From the NCBI GenBank assembly GCA_964247055.1, contig OZ176052.1, forward strand, positions 13,020,001-13,084,000: 64,000 bases of DNA, written 5' to 3'. Below the pieces are notes generated by a model, which ran no database searches, was not told the origin of the DNA, and saw nothing but the letters and a program-made list of their open reading frames with translations. The position numbers were made by a program, and so were the translations under genes. Of the stretch, positions 11,001-25,854 are shown in pieces. Each line of letters opens with the position of its first letter. Position 1 is the stretch's first letter. This DNA is from Paragordius varius (taxonomy: Eukaryota; Animalia; Nematomorpha).

Positions 11001-14000
11001 GTTTGACAAACTCTTTCATATCCGATTTTTACAACGATACTTTAAAAATTATGGTATTAAACCAGTCGCATCAATACTCAAGTTAAACTTTGTCCTTAAA
11101 AATCGGATATTGGTCACCGGTGAACAAAACTATTTTTTATACATACTCTTAGCAAGACTACATCAAAATATAGAGATAATTTGACAAACTCTTTCATATC
11201 CGATTTTTACAACGATACTTTAAAAATTAATGTATAAAACTAGGCGTATCAATAAATCGCATCAATACTCAAGTTAAACTTTGTCCTTAAAAATCGGATA
11301 TTGGTCATTGGTGAACAAAATTAATTTTTATACATTCTCTTAGTAGGACTACATCAAAATATATAGATAGTTTGACAAACTCTTTCATATCCGATTTTTA
11401 CAACGATACTTTAAAAATTATGGTATTAAACCAGTCGCATCAATACTCAAGTTAAACTTTGTCCTTAAAAATCGAATATTGGTCACCGGTGAACAAAATT
11501 ATTTTTTATACATTCTCTTAGTAAGACTACATCAAAATATAGAAATAGTTTGACAAACTCTTTCATATCCGATTTTTACAACGATACTTTAAAAATTATG
11601 GTATTAAACCAGTCGCATCAATACTCAAGTTAAACTTTGTCCTTAAAAATCGAATATTGGTCACCGGTGAACAAAATTTTTTTTTATACATTCTCTTAGT
11701 AATACTACATCAAAATATAGAAATAGTTTGACAAACTCTTTCATATCCGATTTTTACAACGATACTTTAAAAATTAATGTATTAAACTAGTCGCATCAAT
11801 ACTCTAGTTAAACTTTGTCCTTAAAAATCGGATATTGGTCGCCGGTGAACAAAATTATTTTTTATACATTCTCTTATTAGGACTACATAAATATAGAGAT
11901 AGTTTGGCGAACTCTTTCATATCCGATTTTTACAACGATACTTTAAAAATTAATGTATTAAACTAGTCGCATCAATACTCTAGTTCAACTTTGTCCTTAA
12001 AAATCGGATATTGGTCGCCGGTGAACAAAATTATTTTTTATACATTCTCTTATTAGGACTACATAAATATAGAGATAGTTTGGCAAACTGTTTCATATCC
12101 GATTTTTACAACGATACTTTAAAAATTAATGTATAAAACTAGGCGTATCAATAAATCGCATCAATACTCAAGTTAAACTTTGTCCTTAAAAATCGGATAT
12201 TGGTCACCGGTGAACAAAATTAATTTTTATACATTCTCTTAGTAGGACTACATCAAAATATAGAGATAGTTTGGCAAACTGTTTCATATCCGATTTTTAC
12301 AACGATACTTTAAAAATTAATGTTTAAAACTAGTCGCATCAATACTCAAGTTAAACTTTGTCCTTAAAAATCGGATATTGGTCACCGGTGAACAAAATAA
12401 TTTTTTATACATTCTCTTAGTAAGACTACATCAAAATATAGAAATAGTTTCACAAACTCTTTCATATCCGATTTTTACAACGATACTTTAAAAATTAATG
12501 TATTAAACTAGTCGCATCAATACTCAAGTTAAACTTTGTCCTTAAAAATCGGATATTGGTCACCGGTGAACAAAATTATTTTTTATACATTCTCTTAGTA
12601 AGACTACATCAAAATATAGAAATAGTTTGACAAACTCTTTCATATCCGATTTTTAAAACGATACTTTAAAAATTAATGTATTAAACTAGTCGCATCAATA
12701 CTCAAGTTAAACTTTGTCCTTAAAAATCGGATATTGGTCACCGGTGAACAAAATAATTTTTTATACATTCTCTTAGTAACACTACATCAAAATATAGAAA
12801 TAGTTTGACAAACTCTTTCATATCCGATTTTTACAACGATACTTTAAAAATTAATGTATTAAACTAGTCGCATCAATACTCTAGTTAAACTTTGTCCTTA
12901 AAAATCGGATATTGGTCGCCGGTGAACAAAATTATTTTTTATACATTCTCTTAATAGGACTACATAAATATAGAGATAGTTTGGCAAACTGTTTCATATC
13001 CGATTTTTACAACGATACTTTAAAAATTAATGTATAAAACTAGGCGTATCAATAAATCGCATCAATACTCAAGTTAAACTTTGTCCTTAAAAATCGGATA
13101 TTGGTCACCGGTGAACAAAATTAATTTTTATACATTCTCTTAGTAGGACTACATCAAAATATAGAGATAGTTTGGCAAACTGTTTCATATCCGATTTTTA
13201 CAACGATACTTTAAAAATTAATGTATAAAACTAGTCGCATCAATACTCAAGTTAAACTTTGTCCTTAAAAATCGGATATTGGTCACCGGTGAATAAAATT
13301 ATTTTTCATACATTCTCTTAGTAAGACTACATCAAAATATAGAAATAGTTTGACAAACTCTTTCATATCCGATTTTTAAAACGATACTTTAAAAATTAAT
13401 GTATTAAACTAGTCGCATCAATACTCAAGTTAAACTTTGTCCTTAAAAATCGGATATTGGTCACCGGTAAACAAAATAATTTTTTATACATTCTCTTAGT
13501 AAGACTACATCAAAATATAGAAATAGTTTGACAAACTCTTTCATATCCGATTTTTACAACCATACTTTAAAAATTAATGTATTAAACTAGTCGCATCAAT
13601 ACTCAAGTTAAACTTTGTCCTTAAAAATCGGATATTGGTCACCGGTGAACAAAACTATTTTTTATACATACTCTTAGCAAGACTACATCAAAATATAGAG
13701 ATAATTTGACAAACTCTTTCATATCCGATTTTTACAACGATACTTTAAAAATTATGGTATTAAACCAGTCGCATCAATACTCAAGTTAAACTTTGTCCTT
13801 AAAAATCGGATATTGGTCACCGGTTAACAAAACTATTTTTTATACATACTCTTAGCAAGACTACATCAAAATATAGAGATAATTTGACAAACTCTTTCAT
13901 ATCCGATTTTTACAACGATACTTTAAAATTTTATGTATAAAACTAGGCGTATCAATAAATCGCATCAATACTCAAGTTAAACTTTGTCCTTAAAAATCGG

Positions 14001-14210
14001 ATATTGGTCACCGGTGAACAAAATTAATTTTTATACATTCTCTTAGTAGGACTACATCAAAATATATAGATAGTTTGGCAAACTGTTTCATATCCGATTT
14101 TTACAACGATACTTTAAAAATTAATGTAAAAAACTAGTCGCATCAATACTCAAGTTAAACTTTGTCCTTAAAAATCGGATATTGGTCACCGGTGAACAAA
14201 ATTAATTTTT
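8082..14210 (+). repeat. About 10-monomer block at 8082-~9880 duplicated at 12407-~14210 (offset 4325 bp)
   Basis: GTAACAC at 8451 and 12776. It is followed in both copies by TCTAGT/GTCGCC, CATAAAT, GGCG+13, GGTAAAC and CATACT-GCAAG units in the same order. Confidence 0.85.
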
Positions 14211-16729
14211 ATACATTCTCTTAGTAGGACTACATCAAAATATAGAGATAGTTTGGCAAACTGTTTCATATCCGATTTTTACAACGATACTTTAAAAATT
14301 AATGTATAAAACTAGTCGCATCAATACTCAAGTTAAACTTTGTCCTTAAAAATCGAATATTGGTCACCGGTGAACAAAATTTATTTTTATACATTCTCAT
14401 AGTAAGACTACATCAAAATATAGAAATAGTTTGACAAACTCTTTCATATCCGATTTTTACAACGATACTTTAAAAATTATGGTATTAAACCAGTCGCATC
14501 AATACTCAAGTTAAACTTTGTCCTTAAAAATCGGATATTGGTCACCGGTGAACAAAACTATTTTTTATACATACTTTTAGCAAGACTACATCAAAATATA
14601 GAGATAATTTGACAAACTCTTTCATATCCGATTTTTACAACGATACTTTAAAAATTAATGTATAAAACTAGGCGTATCAATAAATTGCATCAATACTCAA
14701 GTTAAACTTTGTCCTTAAAAATCGGATATTGGTCATTGGTGAACAAAATTAATTTTTATACATTCTCTTAGTAGGACTACATCAAAATATATAGATAGTT
14801 TGGCAAACTGTTTCATATTCGATTTTTACAACGATACTTTAAAAATTAATGTAAAAAACTAGTCGCATCAATACTCAAGTTAAACTTTGTCCTTAAAAAT
14901 CGGATATTGGTCACCGGTGAATAAAATTATTTTTTATACATTCTCTTAGTAGGACTACATCAAAATATAGAGATAGTTTGGCAAACTGTTTCATATCCGA
15001 TTTTTACAACGATACTTTAAAAATTAATGTATTAAACTAGTCGCATCAATACTCAAGTTAAACTTTGTCCTTAAAAATCGGATATTGGTCACCGGTGAAC
15101 AAAATAATTTTTTATACATTCTCTTAGTAAGACTACATCAAAATATAGAAATAGTTTGACAAACTCTTTCATATCCGATTTTTACAACGATACTTTAAAA
15201 ATTAATGTATTAAACTAGTCACATCAATACTCAAGTTAAACTTTGTCCTTAAAAATCGGATATTGGTCACCGGTGAATAAAATTATTTTTTATACATTCT
15301 CTTAGTAGGACTACATCAAAATATAGAGATAGTTTGGCAAACTGTTTCATATCCGATTTTTACAACGATATTTTAAAAATTAATGTATAAAACTAGTCAC
15401 ATCAATACTCAAGTTAAATTTTGTCCTTAAAAATGGGATATTGGTCACTGGAGAACAAAACTATTTTTTATACATTCTCTTAGTAAGACTACATCAAAAT
15501 ATAGAGATAGTTGGACAAACTCTTTCATATCCGATTTTTACAACGATACTTTAAAAATTAATGTATTAAACTAGTCGCATTACTCAAGTTAAACTTTGTC
15601 CTTAAAAATCGAATATTGGTCACCGGTGAACAAAATTATTTTTTATACATTCTCTTAGTAAGACTACATCAAAATATAGAAATAGTTTGACAAACTCTTT
15701 CATATCCGATTTTTAAAACGATACTTTAAAAATTAATGTATTAAACTAGTCGCATCAATACTCAAGTTAAACTTTGTCCTTAAAAATGATATTGGTCACC
15801 GGTGAACAAAATAATTTTTTATACATTCTAGTAAGACTACATCAAAATATAGAGATAGTTTGACAAACTGTTTTATATCCGATTTTTACAACGATACTTT
15901 AAAAATTAATGTATAAAACTAGTCGCATCAATACTCAAGTTAAATTTTGTCCTTAAAAATGGGATATTGGTCACCGGTGAACAAAACTATTTTTTATACA
16001 TTCTCTTAGTAAGACTACATCAAAATATAGAGATAGTTTGACAAACTCTTTCATATCCGATTTTTACAACGATACTTTAAAAATTAATGTATTAAACTAG
16101 TCTCATTACTCAAGTTAAACTTTGTCATTAAAAATCGGATATTGGTCACCGGTGAAAAAAATTATTTTTTATACATTCTCTTAGTAAGACTACATCCAAA
16201 TATAGAGATAGTTTTACAAACTCTTTCATATCCGATTTTTACAACGATACTTTAAAAATTAATGTGTTAAACTAGTCGCATCAATACTCAAGTTAAACTT
16301 TGTCCTTAAAAATCGAATATTGGTCACCGGTGAACAAAATTATTTTTTATACATTCTCTTAGTAAGACTACATCAAAATATAGAAATAGTTTGACAAACT
16401 CTTTCATATCCGATTTTTACAACGATACTTTAAAAATTAATGTATTAAACTAGTCGCATCAATACTCAAGTTAAACTTTGTCCTTAAAAATCGGATATTG
16501 GTCACCGGTGAACAAAATTATTTTTTATACATTCTCTTAGTAAGACTACATCAAAATATAGAGATAGTTTGACAAACTCTTTCATATCCGATTTATACAA
16601 CGATACTTTAAAAATTAATGTATAAAACTAGTCGTATCAATAAATCGCATCAATACTAAAGTTAAACTTTGTCCTTAAAAATCGGATATTGGTCACGGGT
16701 GAACAAAATTATTTTTTATACATTCTCTT

Positions 16730-18910
16730 AGTAGGACTACATCAAAATATAGAGATAGTTTGACAAACTCTTTCATATCCGATTTTTACAACGATACTTT
16801 AAAAATTATGGTATTAAACCAGTCGCATCAATACTCAAGTTAAACTTTGTCCTTAAAAATCGGATATTGGTCACCGGTGAACAAAACTATTTTTTATACA
16901 TACTCTTAGCAAGACTACATCAAAATATAGAGATAATTTGACAAACTCTTTCATATCCGATTTTTACAACGATACTTTAAAAATTAATGTATAAAACTAG
17001 GCGTATCAATAAATCGCATCAATACTCAAGTTAAACTTTGTCCTTAAAAATCGGATATTGGTCACCGGTGAACAAAATTAATTTTTATACATTCTCTTAG
17101 TAGGACTACATCAAAATATATAGATAGTTTGGCAAACTGTTTCATATCCGATTTTTACAACGATACTTTAAAAATTAATGTAAAAAACTAGTCGCATCAA
17201 TACTCAAGTTAAACTTTGTCCTTAAAAATCGGATATTGGTCACCGGTGAACAAAATTAATTTTTATACATTCTCTTAGTAGGACTACATCAAAATATAGA
17301 GATAGTTTGGCAAACTGTTTCATATCCGATTTTTACAACGATACTTTAAAAATTAATGTATAAAACTAGTCGCATCAATACTCAAGTTAAACTTAGTCCT
17401 TAAAAATCGAATATTGGTCACCGGTGAACAAAATTTATTTTTATACATTCTCTTAGTAAGACTACATCAAAATATAGAAATAGTTTGACAAACTCTTTCA
17501 TATCCGATTTTTACAACGATACTTTAAAAATTATGGTATTAAACCAGTCGCATCAATACTCAAGTTAAACTTTGTCCTTAAAAATCGGATATTGGTCACC
17601 GGTGAACAAAACTATTTTTTATACATACTCTTAGCAAGACTACATCAAAATATAGAGATAATTTGACAAACTCTTTCATATCCGATTTTTAAAACGATAC
17701 TTTGAAAATTAATGTATAAAACTAGTCGTATCAATAAATCGCATCAATACTCAAGTTAAACTTTGTCCTTAAAAATCGGATATTGGTCACGGGTGAACAA
17801 AATTATTTTTTATACATTCTCTTAGTAGGACTACATCAAAATATAGAGATAGTTTGACAAACTCTTTCATATCCGATTTTTACAACGATACTTTAAAAAT
17901 TATGGTATTAAACCAGTCGCATCAATACTCAAGTTAAACTTTGTCCTTAAAAATCGGATATTGGTCACCGGTGAACAAAACTATTTTTTATACATACTCT
18001 TAGCAAGACTACATCAAAATATAGAGATAATTTGACAAACTCTTTCATATCCGATTTTTACAACGATACTTTAAAAATTAATGTATAAAACTAGGCGTAT
18101 CAATAAATCGCATCAATACTCAAGTTAAACTTTGTCCTTAAAAATCGGATATTGGTCACCGGTGAACAAAATTAATTTTTATACATTCTCTTAGTAGGAC
18201 TACATCAAAATATATAGATAGTTTGGCAAACTGTTTCATATCCGATTTTTACAACGATACTTTAAAAATTAATGTAAAAAACTAGTCGCATCAATACTCA
18301 AGTTAAACTTTGTCCTTAAAAATCGGATATTGGTCACCGGTGAACAAAATTAATTTTTATACATTCTCTTAGTAGGACTACATCAAAATATAGAGATAGT
18401 TTGGCAAACTGTTTCATATCCGATTTTTACAACGATACTTTAAAAATTAATGTATAAAACTAGTCGCATCAATACTCAAGTTAAACTTTGTCCTTAAAAA
18501 TCGAATATTGGTCACCGGTGAACAAAATATATTTTTATACATTCTCTTAGTAAGACTACATCAAAATATAGAAATAGTTTGACAAACTCTTTCATATCCG
18601 ATTTTTACAACGATACTTTAAAAATTATGGTATTAAACCAGTCGCATCAATACTCAAGTTAAACTTTGTCCTTAAAAATCGGATATTGGTCACCGGTGAA
18701 CAAAACTATTTTTTATACATACTCTTAGCAAGACTACATCAAAATATAGAGATAATTTGACAAACTCTTTCATATCCGATTTTTACAACGATACTTTAAA
18801 AATTAATGTATAAAACTAGGCGTATCAATAAATCGCATCAATACTCAAGTTAAACTTTGTCCTTAAAAATCGGATATTGGTCACCGGTGAACAAAATTAA
18901 TTTTTATACA
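16730..18910 (+). repeat. Recurrent 4-monomer module (period 725 bp = 4x178+13): TATGGT/ACCAG unit, CATACT..GGCG+13 unit, GTAGG..TATATAGAT unit, GTAGG..GGCAAACTG..CGAAT unit
   Basis: CTAGGCG at 18091 and 18816 (725 apart). The same spacing occurs at 57467/58192, and at 10520/11240 (720 apart, where a 5-bp deletion intervenes). Confidence 0.85.
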
Positions 18911-19249
18911 TTCTCTTAGTAGGACTACATCAAAATATAGAGATAGTTTGGCAAACTGTTTCGTATCCGATTTTTACAACGATACTTTAAAAATTAATGT
19001 ATAAAACTAGTCGCATCAATACTCAAGTTAAACTTTGTCCTTAAAAATCGAATATTGGTCACCGGTGAACAAAATATATTTTTATACATTCTCTTAGTAA
19101 GACTACATCAAAATATAGAAATAGTTTGACAAACTCTTTCATATCCGATTTTTACAACGATACTTTAAAAATTATGGTATTAAACTAGTCGCATCAATAC
19201 TCAAGTTAAACTTTGTCCTTAAAAATCGGATATTGGTCACCGGTGAACA

Positions 19250-22200
19250 AAATAGTTTTTTATACATTCTCTTAGTAAGACTACATCAAAATATAGAAAT
19301 AGTTTGACAAACTCTTTCATATCCGATTTTTACAACGATACTTTAAAAATTAATGTATTAAACTAGTCGCATCAATACTCAAGTTAAACTTTGTCCTTAA
19401 AAATCGGATATTGGTCACCGGTGAATAAAATTATTTTTTATACATTCTCTTAGTAGGACTACATCAAAATAAAGAGATAGTTTGGCAAACTGTTTCATAT
19501 CCGATTTTTACAACGATATTTTAAAAATTAATGTATAAAACTAGTCGCATCAATACTCAAGTTAAATTTTGTCCTTAAAAATGGGATATTGGTCACCGGA
19601 GAACAAAACTATTTTTTATACATTCTCTTAGTAAGACTACATCAAAATATAGAGATAGTTGGACAAACTCTTTCATATCCGATTTTTACAACGATACTTT
19701 AAAAATTAATGTAATTAACTAGTCGCATTACTCAAGTTAAACTTTGTCCTTAAAAATCGGATATTGGTCACCGGTGAACAAAATAATTTTTTATACATTC
19801 TCTTAGTAAGACTACATCAAAATATAGAAATAGTTTGACAAACTCTTTCATATCCGATTTTTACAACGATACTTTAAAAATTTATGTATTAAACTAGTCG
19901 CATCAATACTCAAGTTAAACTTTGTCCTTAAAAATCGGATATTGGTCACCGGTGAATAAAATTATTTTTTATACATTCTCTTAGTAGGACTACATCAAAA
20001 TATAGAGATAGTTTGGCAAACTCTTTCATATCCGATTTTTACATTGATACTTTAAAAATTATGGTATTAAACCAGTCGCATCAATACTCAAGTTAAACTT
20101 TGTCCTTAAAAATCGAATATTGGTCACCGGTGAACAAAATTATTTTTTATACATTCTCTTAGTAAGACTACATCAAAATATAGAAATAGTTTGACAAACT
20201 CTTTCATATCCGATTTTTAAAACGATACTTTAAAAATTAATGTATTAAACTAGTCGCATAAATACTCAAGTTAAACTTTGTCCTTAAAAATCGGATATTG
20301 GTCACCGGTGAACAAAACTATTTTTTATACATTCTCTTAGTAAGACTACATCAAAATATAGAGATAGTTTGACAAACTCTTTCATATCCGATTTTTACAA
20401 CGATACTTTAAAAATTAATGTATTAAACTAGTCTCATTACTCAAGTTAAACTTTGTCATTAAAAATCGGATATTGGTCACCGGTGAACAATACTATTTTT
20501 TATACATTCTCTTAGTAAGACTACATCAAAATATAGAGATAGTTTGACAAACTCTTTCATATCCGATTTTTACAACGATACTTTAAAAATTAATGTATTA
20601 AACTAGTCTCATTACTCAAGTTAAACTTTGTCATTAAAAATCGGATATTGGTCACCGGTGAAAAAAATTATTTTTTATACATTCTCTTAGTAAGACTACA
20701 TCCAAATATAGAGATAGTTTTACAAACTCTTTCATATCCGATTTTTACAACGATACATTAAAAATTAATGTGTTAGTCGCATCAATACTCAAGTTAAATT
20801 TTGTCCTTAAAAATCGAATATTGGTCACCGGTGAACAAAATTGTTTTTTATACATTCTCTTAGTAAGACTACATCAAAATATAGAAATAGTTTGACAAAC
20901 TCTTTCATATCCGATTTTTGAAACGATACTTTAAAAATTAATGTATAAAACTAGTCGTATCAATAAATCGCATCAATACTCAAGTTAAACTTTGTCCTTA
21001 AAAATCGGATATTGGTCACGGGTGAACAAAATTATTTTTTATACATTCTCTTAGTAGGACTACATCAAAATATAGAGATAGTTTGGCAAACTCTTTCATA
21101 TCCGATTTTTACAAGGATAGTTTAAAAATTAATGTATTAAACTAGTCGCATCAATACTCAAGTTAAACTTTGTCCTTAAAAATCGGATATTGGTCACCGG
21201 TGAATAAAATTATTTTTTATACATTCTCTTAGTAGGACTACATCCAAATATAGAGATAGTTTGGCAAACTGTTCATATCCGATTTTTACAACGATACTTT
21301 AAAAATTAATGTATAAAACTAGTCGCATCAATAAATCGCATCAATACTCAAGTTAAACTTTGTCCTTAAAAATCGGATATTGGTCACCGGTGAACAAAAT
21401 TAATTTTTATACATTCTCTTAGTAGGACTACATCAAAATATATAGATAGTTTGGCAAACTGTTTCATATCCGATTTTTACAACGATACTTTAAAAATTAA
21501 TGTAAAAAACTAGTCGCATCAATACTCAAGTTAAACTTTGTCCTTAAAAATCGGATATTGGTCACCGGTGAACAAAATTAATTTTTATACATTCTCTTAG
21601 TAGGACTACATCAAAATATAGAGATAGTTTGGCAAACTGTTTCATATCCGATTTTTACAACGATACTTTAAAAATTAATGTATAAAACTAGTCGCATCAA
21701 TACTCAAGTTAAACTTTGTCCTTAAAAATCGAATATTGGTCACCGGTGAACAAAATATATTTTTATACATTCTCTTAGTAAGACTACATCAAAATATAGA
21801 AATAGTTTGACAAACTCTTTCATATCCGATTTTTACAACGATACTTTAAAAATTATGGTATTAAACCAGTCGCATCAATACTCAAGTTAAACTTTGTCCT
21901 TAAAAATCGGATATTGGTCACCGGTGAACAAAACTATTTTTTATACATACTCTTAGCAAGACTACATCAAAATATAGAGATAATTTGACAAACTCTTTCA
22001 TATCCGATTTTTACAACGATACTTTAAAAATTAATGTATAAAACTAGGCGTATCAATAAATCGCATCAATACTCAAGTTAAACTTTGTCCTTAAAAATCG
22101 GATATTGGTCACCGGTGAACAAAATTAATTTTTATACATTCTCTTAGTAGGACTACATCAAAATATATAGATAGTTTGGCAAACTGTTTCATATCCGATT

Positions 22201-24600
22201 TTTACAACGATACTTTAAAAATTAATGTAAAAAACTAGTCGCATCAATACTCAAGTTAAACTTTGTCCTTAAAAATCGAATATTGGTCACCGGTGAACAA
22301 AATTATTTTTTATACATTCTCTTAGTAAGACTACATCAAAATATAGAAATAGTTTGACAAACTCTTTCATATCCGATTTTTACAACGATACTTTAAAAAT
22401 TATGGTATTAAACCAGTCGCATCAATACTCAAGTTAAACTTTGTCCTTAAAAATCGAATATTGGTCACCGGTGAACAAAATTTTTTTTATACATTCTCTT
22501 AGTAATACTACATCAAAATATAGAAATAGTTTGACAAACTCTTTCATATCCGATTTTTACAACGATACTTTAAAAATTAATGTATTAAACTAGTCGCATC
22601 AATACTCAAGTTTAACTTTGTCCTTAAAAATCGAATATTGGTCACCGGTGAACAAAATTATTTATTATACATTCTCTTAGTAAGACTACATCAAAATATA
22701 GAAATAGTTTGACAAACTCTTTCATATCCGATTTTTAAAACGATACTTTAAAAATTAATGTATTAAACTAGTCGCATCAATACTCAAGTTAAACTTTGTC
22801 CTTAAAAATCGGATATTGGTCACCGGTGAACAAAATAGTTTTTTATACATTCTCTTAGTAAGACTACATCAAAATATAGAAATAGTTTGACAAACTCTTT
22901 CATATCCGATTTTTACAACGATACTTTAAAAATTAATGTATTAAACTAGTCGCATCAATACTCAAGTTAAACTTTGTCCTTAAAAATCGGATATTGGTCA
23001 CCGGTGAATAAAATTATTTTTTATACATTCTCTTAGTAGGACTACATCAAAATAAAGAGATAGTTTGGCAAACTGTTTCATATCCGATTTTTACAACGAT
23101 ATTTTAAAAATTAATGTATAAAACTAGTCGCATCAATACTCAAGTTAAATTTTGTCCTTAAAAATGGGATATTGGTCACCGGAGAACAAAACTATTTTTT
23201 ATACATTCTCTTAGTAAGACTACATCAAAATATAGAGATAGTTGGACAAACTCTTTCATATCCGATTTTTACAACGATACTTTAAAAATTAATGTAATTA
23301 ACTAGTCGCATTACTCAAGTTAAACTTTGTCCTTAAAAATCGGATATTGGTCACCGGTGAACAAAATAATTTTTTATACATTCTCTTAGTAAGACTACAT
23401 CAAAATATAGAAATAGTTTGACAAACTCTTTCATATCCGATTTTTACAACGATACTTTAAAAATTTATGTATTAAACTAGTCGCATCAATACTCAAGTTA
23501 AACTTTGTCCTTAAAAATCGGATATTGGTCACCGGTGAATAAAATTATTTTTTATACATTCTCTTAGTAGGACTACATCAAAATATAGAGATAGTTTGGC
23601 AAACTCTTTCATATCCGATTTTTACATTGATACTTTAAAAATTATGGTATTAAACCAGTCGCATCAATACTCAAGTTAAACTTTGTCCTTAAAAATCGAA
23701 TATTGGTCACCGGTGAACAAAATTATTTTTTATACATTCTCTTAGTAAGACTACATCAAAATATAGAGATAGTTGGACAAACTCTTTCATATCCGATTTT
23801 TACAACGATACTTTAAAAATTAATGTAATTAACTAGTCGCATTACTCAAGTTAAACTTTGTCCTTAAAAATCGGATATTGGTCACCGGTGAACAAAATAA
23901 TTTTTTATACATTCTCTTAGTAAGACTACATCAAAATATAGAAATAGTTTGACAAACTCTTTCATATCCGATTTTTACAACGATACTTTAAAAATTTATG
24001 TATTAAACTAGTCGCATCAATACTCAAGTTAAACTTTGTCCTTAAAAATCGGATATTGGTCACCGGTGAATAAAATTATTTTTTATACATTCTCTTAGTA
24101 GGACTACATCAAAATATAGAGATAGTTTGGCAAACTCTTTCATATCCGATTTTTACATTGATACTTTAAAAATTATGGTATTAAACCAGTCGCATCAATA
24201 CTCAAGTTAAACTTTGTCCTTAAAAATCGAATATTGGTCACCGGTGAACAAAATTATTTTTTATACATTCTCTTAGTAAGACTACATCAAAATATAGAAA
24301 TAGTTTGACAAACTCTTTCATATCCGATTTTTAAAACGATACTTTAAAAATTAATGTATTAAACTAGTCGCATAAATACTCAAGTTAAACTTTGTCCTTA
24401 AAAATCGGATATTGGTCACCGGTGAACAAAACTATTTTTTATACATTCTCTTAGTAAGACTACATCAAAATATAGAGATAGTTTGACAAACTCTTTCATA
24501 TCCGATTTTTACAACGATACTTTAAAAATTAATGTATTAAACTAGTCTCATTACTCAAGTTAAACTTTGTCATTAAAAATCGGATATTGGTCACGGGTGA
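19250..24600 (+). repeat. Block duplication (offset 3583 bp) whose second copy contains an extra tandem 3-mer (531 bp)
   Basis: AAAATAGTT 19253/22836, AAAGAGATAG 19471/23054 and ACATTGAT 20041/23624 all give an offset of 3583. GTTGGAC at 23241 and 23772 is 531 apart. CATAAATACT 20257/24371 gives 4114 = 3583+531. Confidence 0.88.
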
Positions 24601-25854
24601 ACAAAATTATTTTTTATACATTCTCTTAGTAGGACTACATCAAAATATAGAGATAGTTTGGCAAACTCTTTCATATCCGATTTTTACAACGATAGTTTAA
24701 AAATTAATGTATTAAACTAGTCGCATCAATACTCAAGTTAAACTTTGTCCTTAAAAATCGGATATTGGTCACCGGTGAATAAAATTATTTTTTATACATT
24801 CTCTTAGTAGGACTACATCAAAATATAGAGATAGTTTGGCAAACTGTTCATATCCGATTTTTACAACGATACTTTAAAAATTAATGTATAAAACTAGTCG
24901 CATCAATACTCAAGTTAAATTTTGTCCTTAAAAATGGGATATTGGTCACCGGTGAACAAAACTATGTTTTATACATTCTCTTAGTAAGACTACATCAAAA
25001 TAAAGAGATAGTTTGACAAACTCTTTCATATCCGATTTTTACAACGATACTGTAAAAATTAATGTATAAAACTAGTCGCATTACTCAAGTTAAACTTTGT
25101 CCTTAAAAATCGGATATTGGTCACCGGTGAAAAAAATTATTTTTTATACATTCTCTTATTAAGACTACATCCAAATATAGAGATAGTTTGACAAACTCTT
25201 TCATATCCGATTTTTACAACGATACTTTAAAAATTAATGTGTTAAACTAGTCGCATCAATACTCAAGTTAAACTTTGTCCTTAAAAATCGGATATTGGTC
25301 TCCGGTGAATAAAATTATTTTTTATACATTCTCTTAGTAGGACTACATCAAAATATAGAGATAGTTTGGCAAACTGTTTCATATCCGATTTTTACAACGA
25401 TACTTTAAAAATTAATGTATAAAACTAGTCGCATCAATACTCAAGTTAAATTTTGTCCTTAAAAATGGGATATTGGTCACCGGTGAAAAAAATTATTTTT
25501 TATACATTCTCTTAGTAAGACTACATCCAAATATAGAGATAGTTTTACAAACTCTTTCATATCCGATTTTTACAACGATACTTTAAAAATTAATGTATTA
25601 AACTAGTCTCATTACTCAAGTTAAACTTTGTCATTAAAAATCGGATATTGGTCACCGGTGAAAAAAATTATTTTTTATACATTCTCTTAGTAAGACTACA
25701 TCCAAATATAGAGATAGTTTTACAAACTCTTTCATATCCGATTTTTACAACGATACTTTAAAAATTAATGTGTTAAACTAGTCGCATCAATACTCAAGTT
25801 AAACTTTGTCCTTAAAAATCGAATATTGGTCACCGGTGAACAAAATTATTTTTT

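Noticed and set aside
16680-16702. CENP-B box in the TCACGGG variant (ATCGGATATTGGTCACGGG)
   Set aside because: The canonical box is TTCG-N4-A-N2-CGGG, with 7 nt between TCG and CGGG. Here the gap is 11 nt and the leading TTCG is absent.
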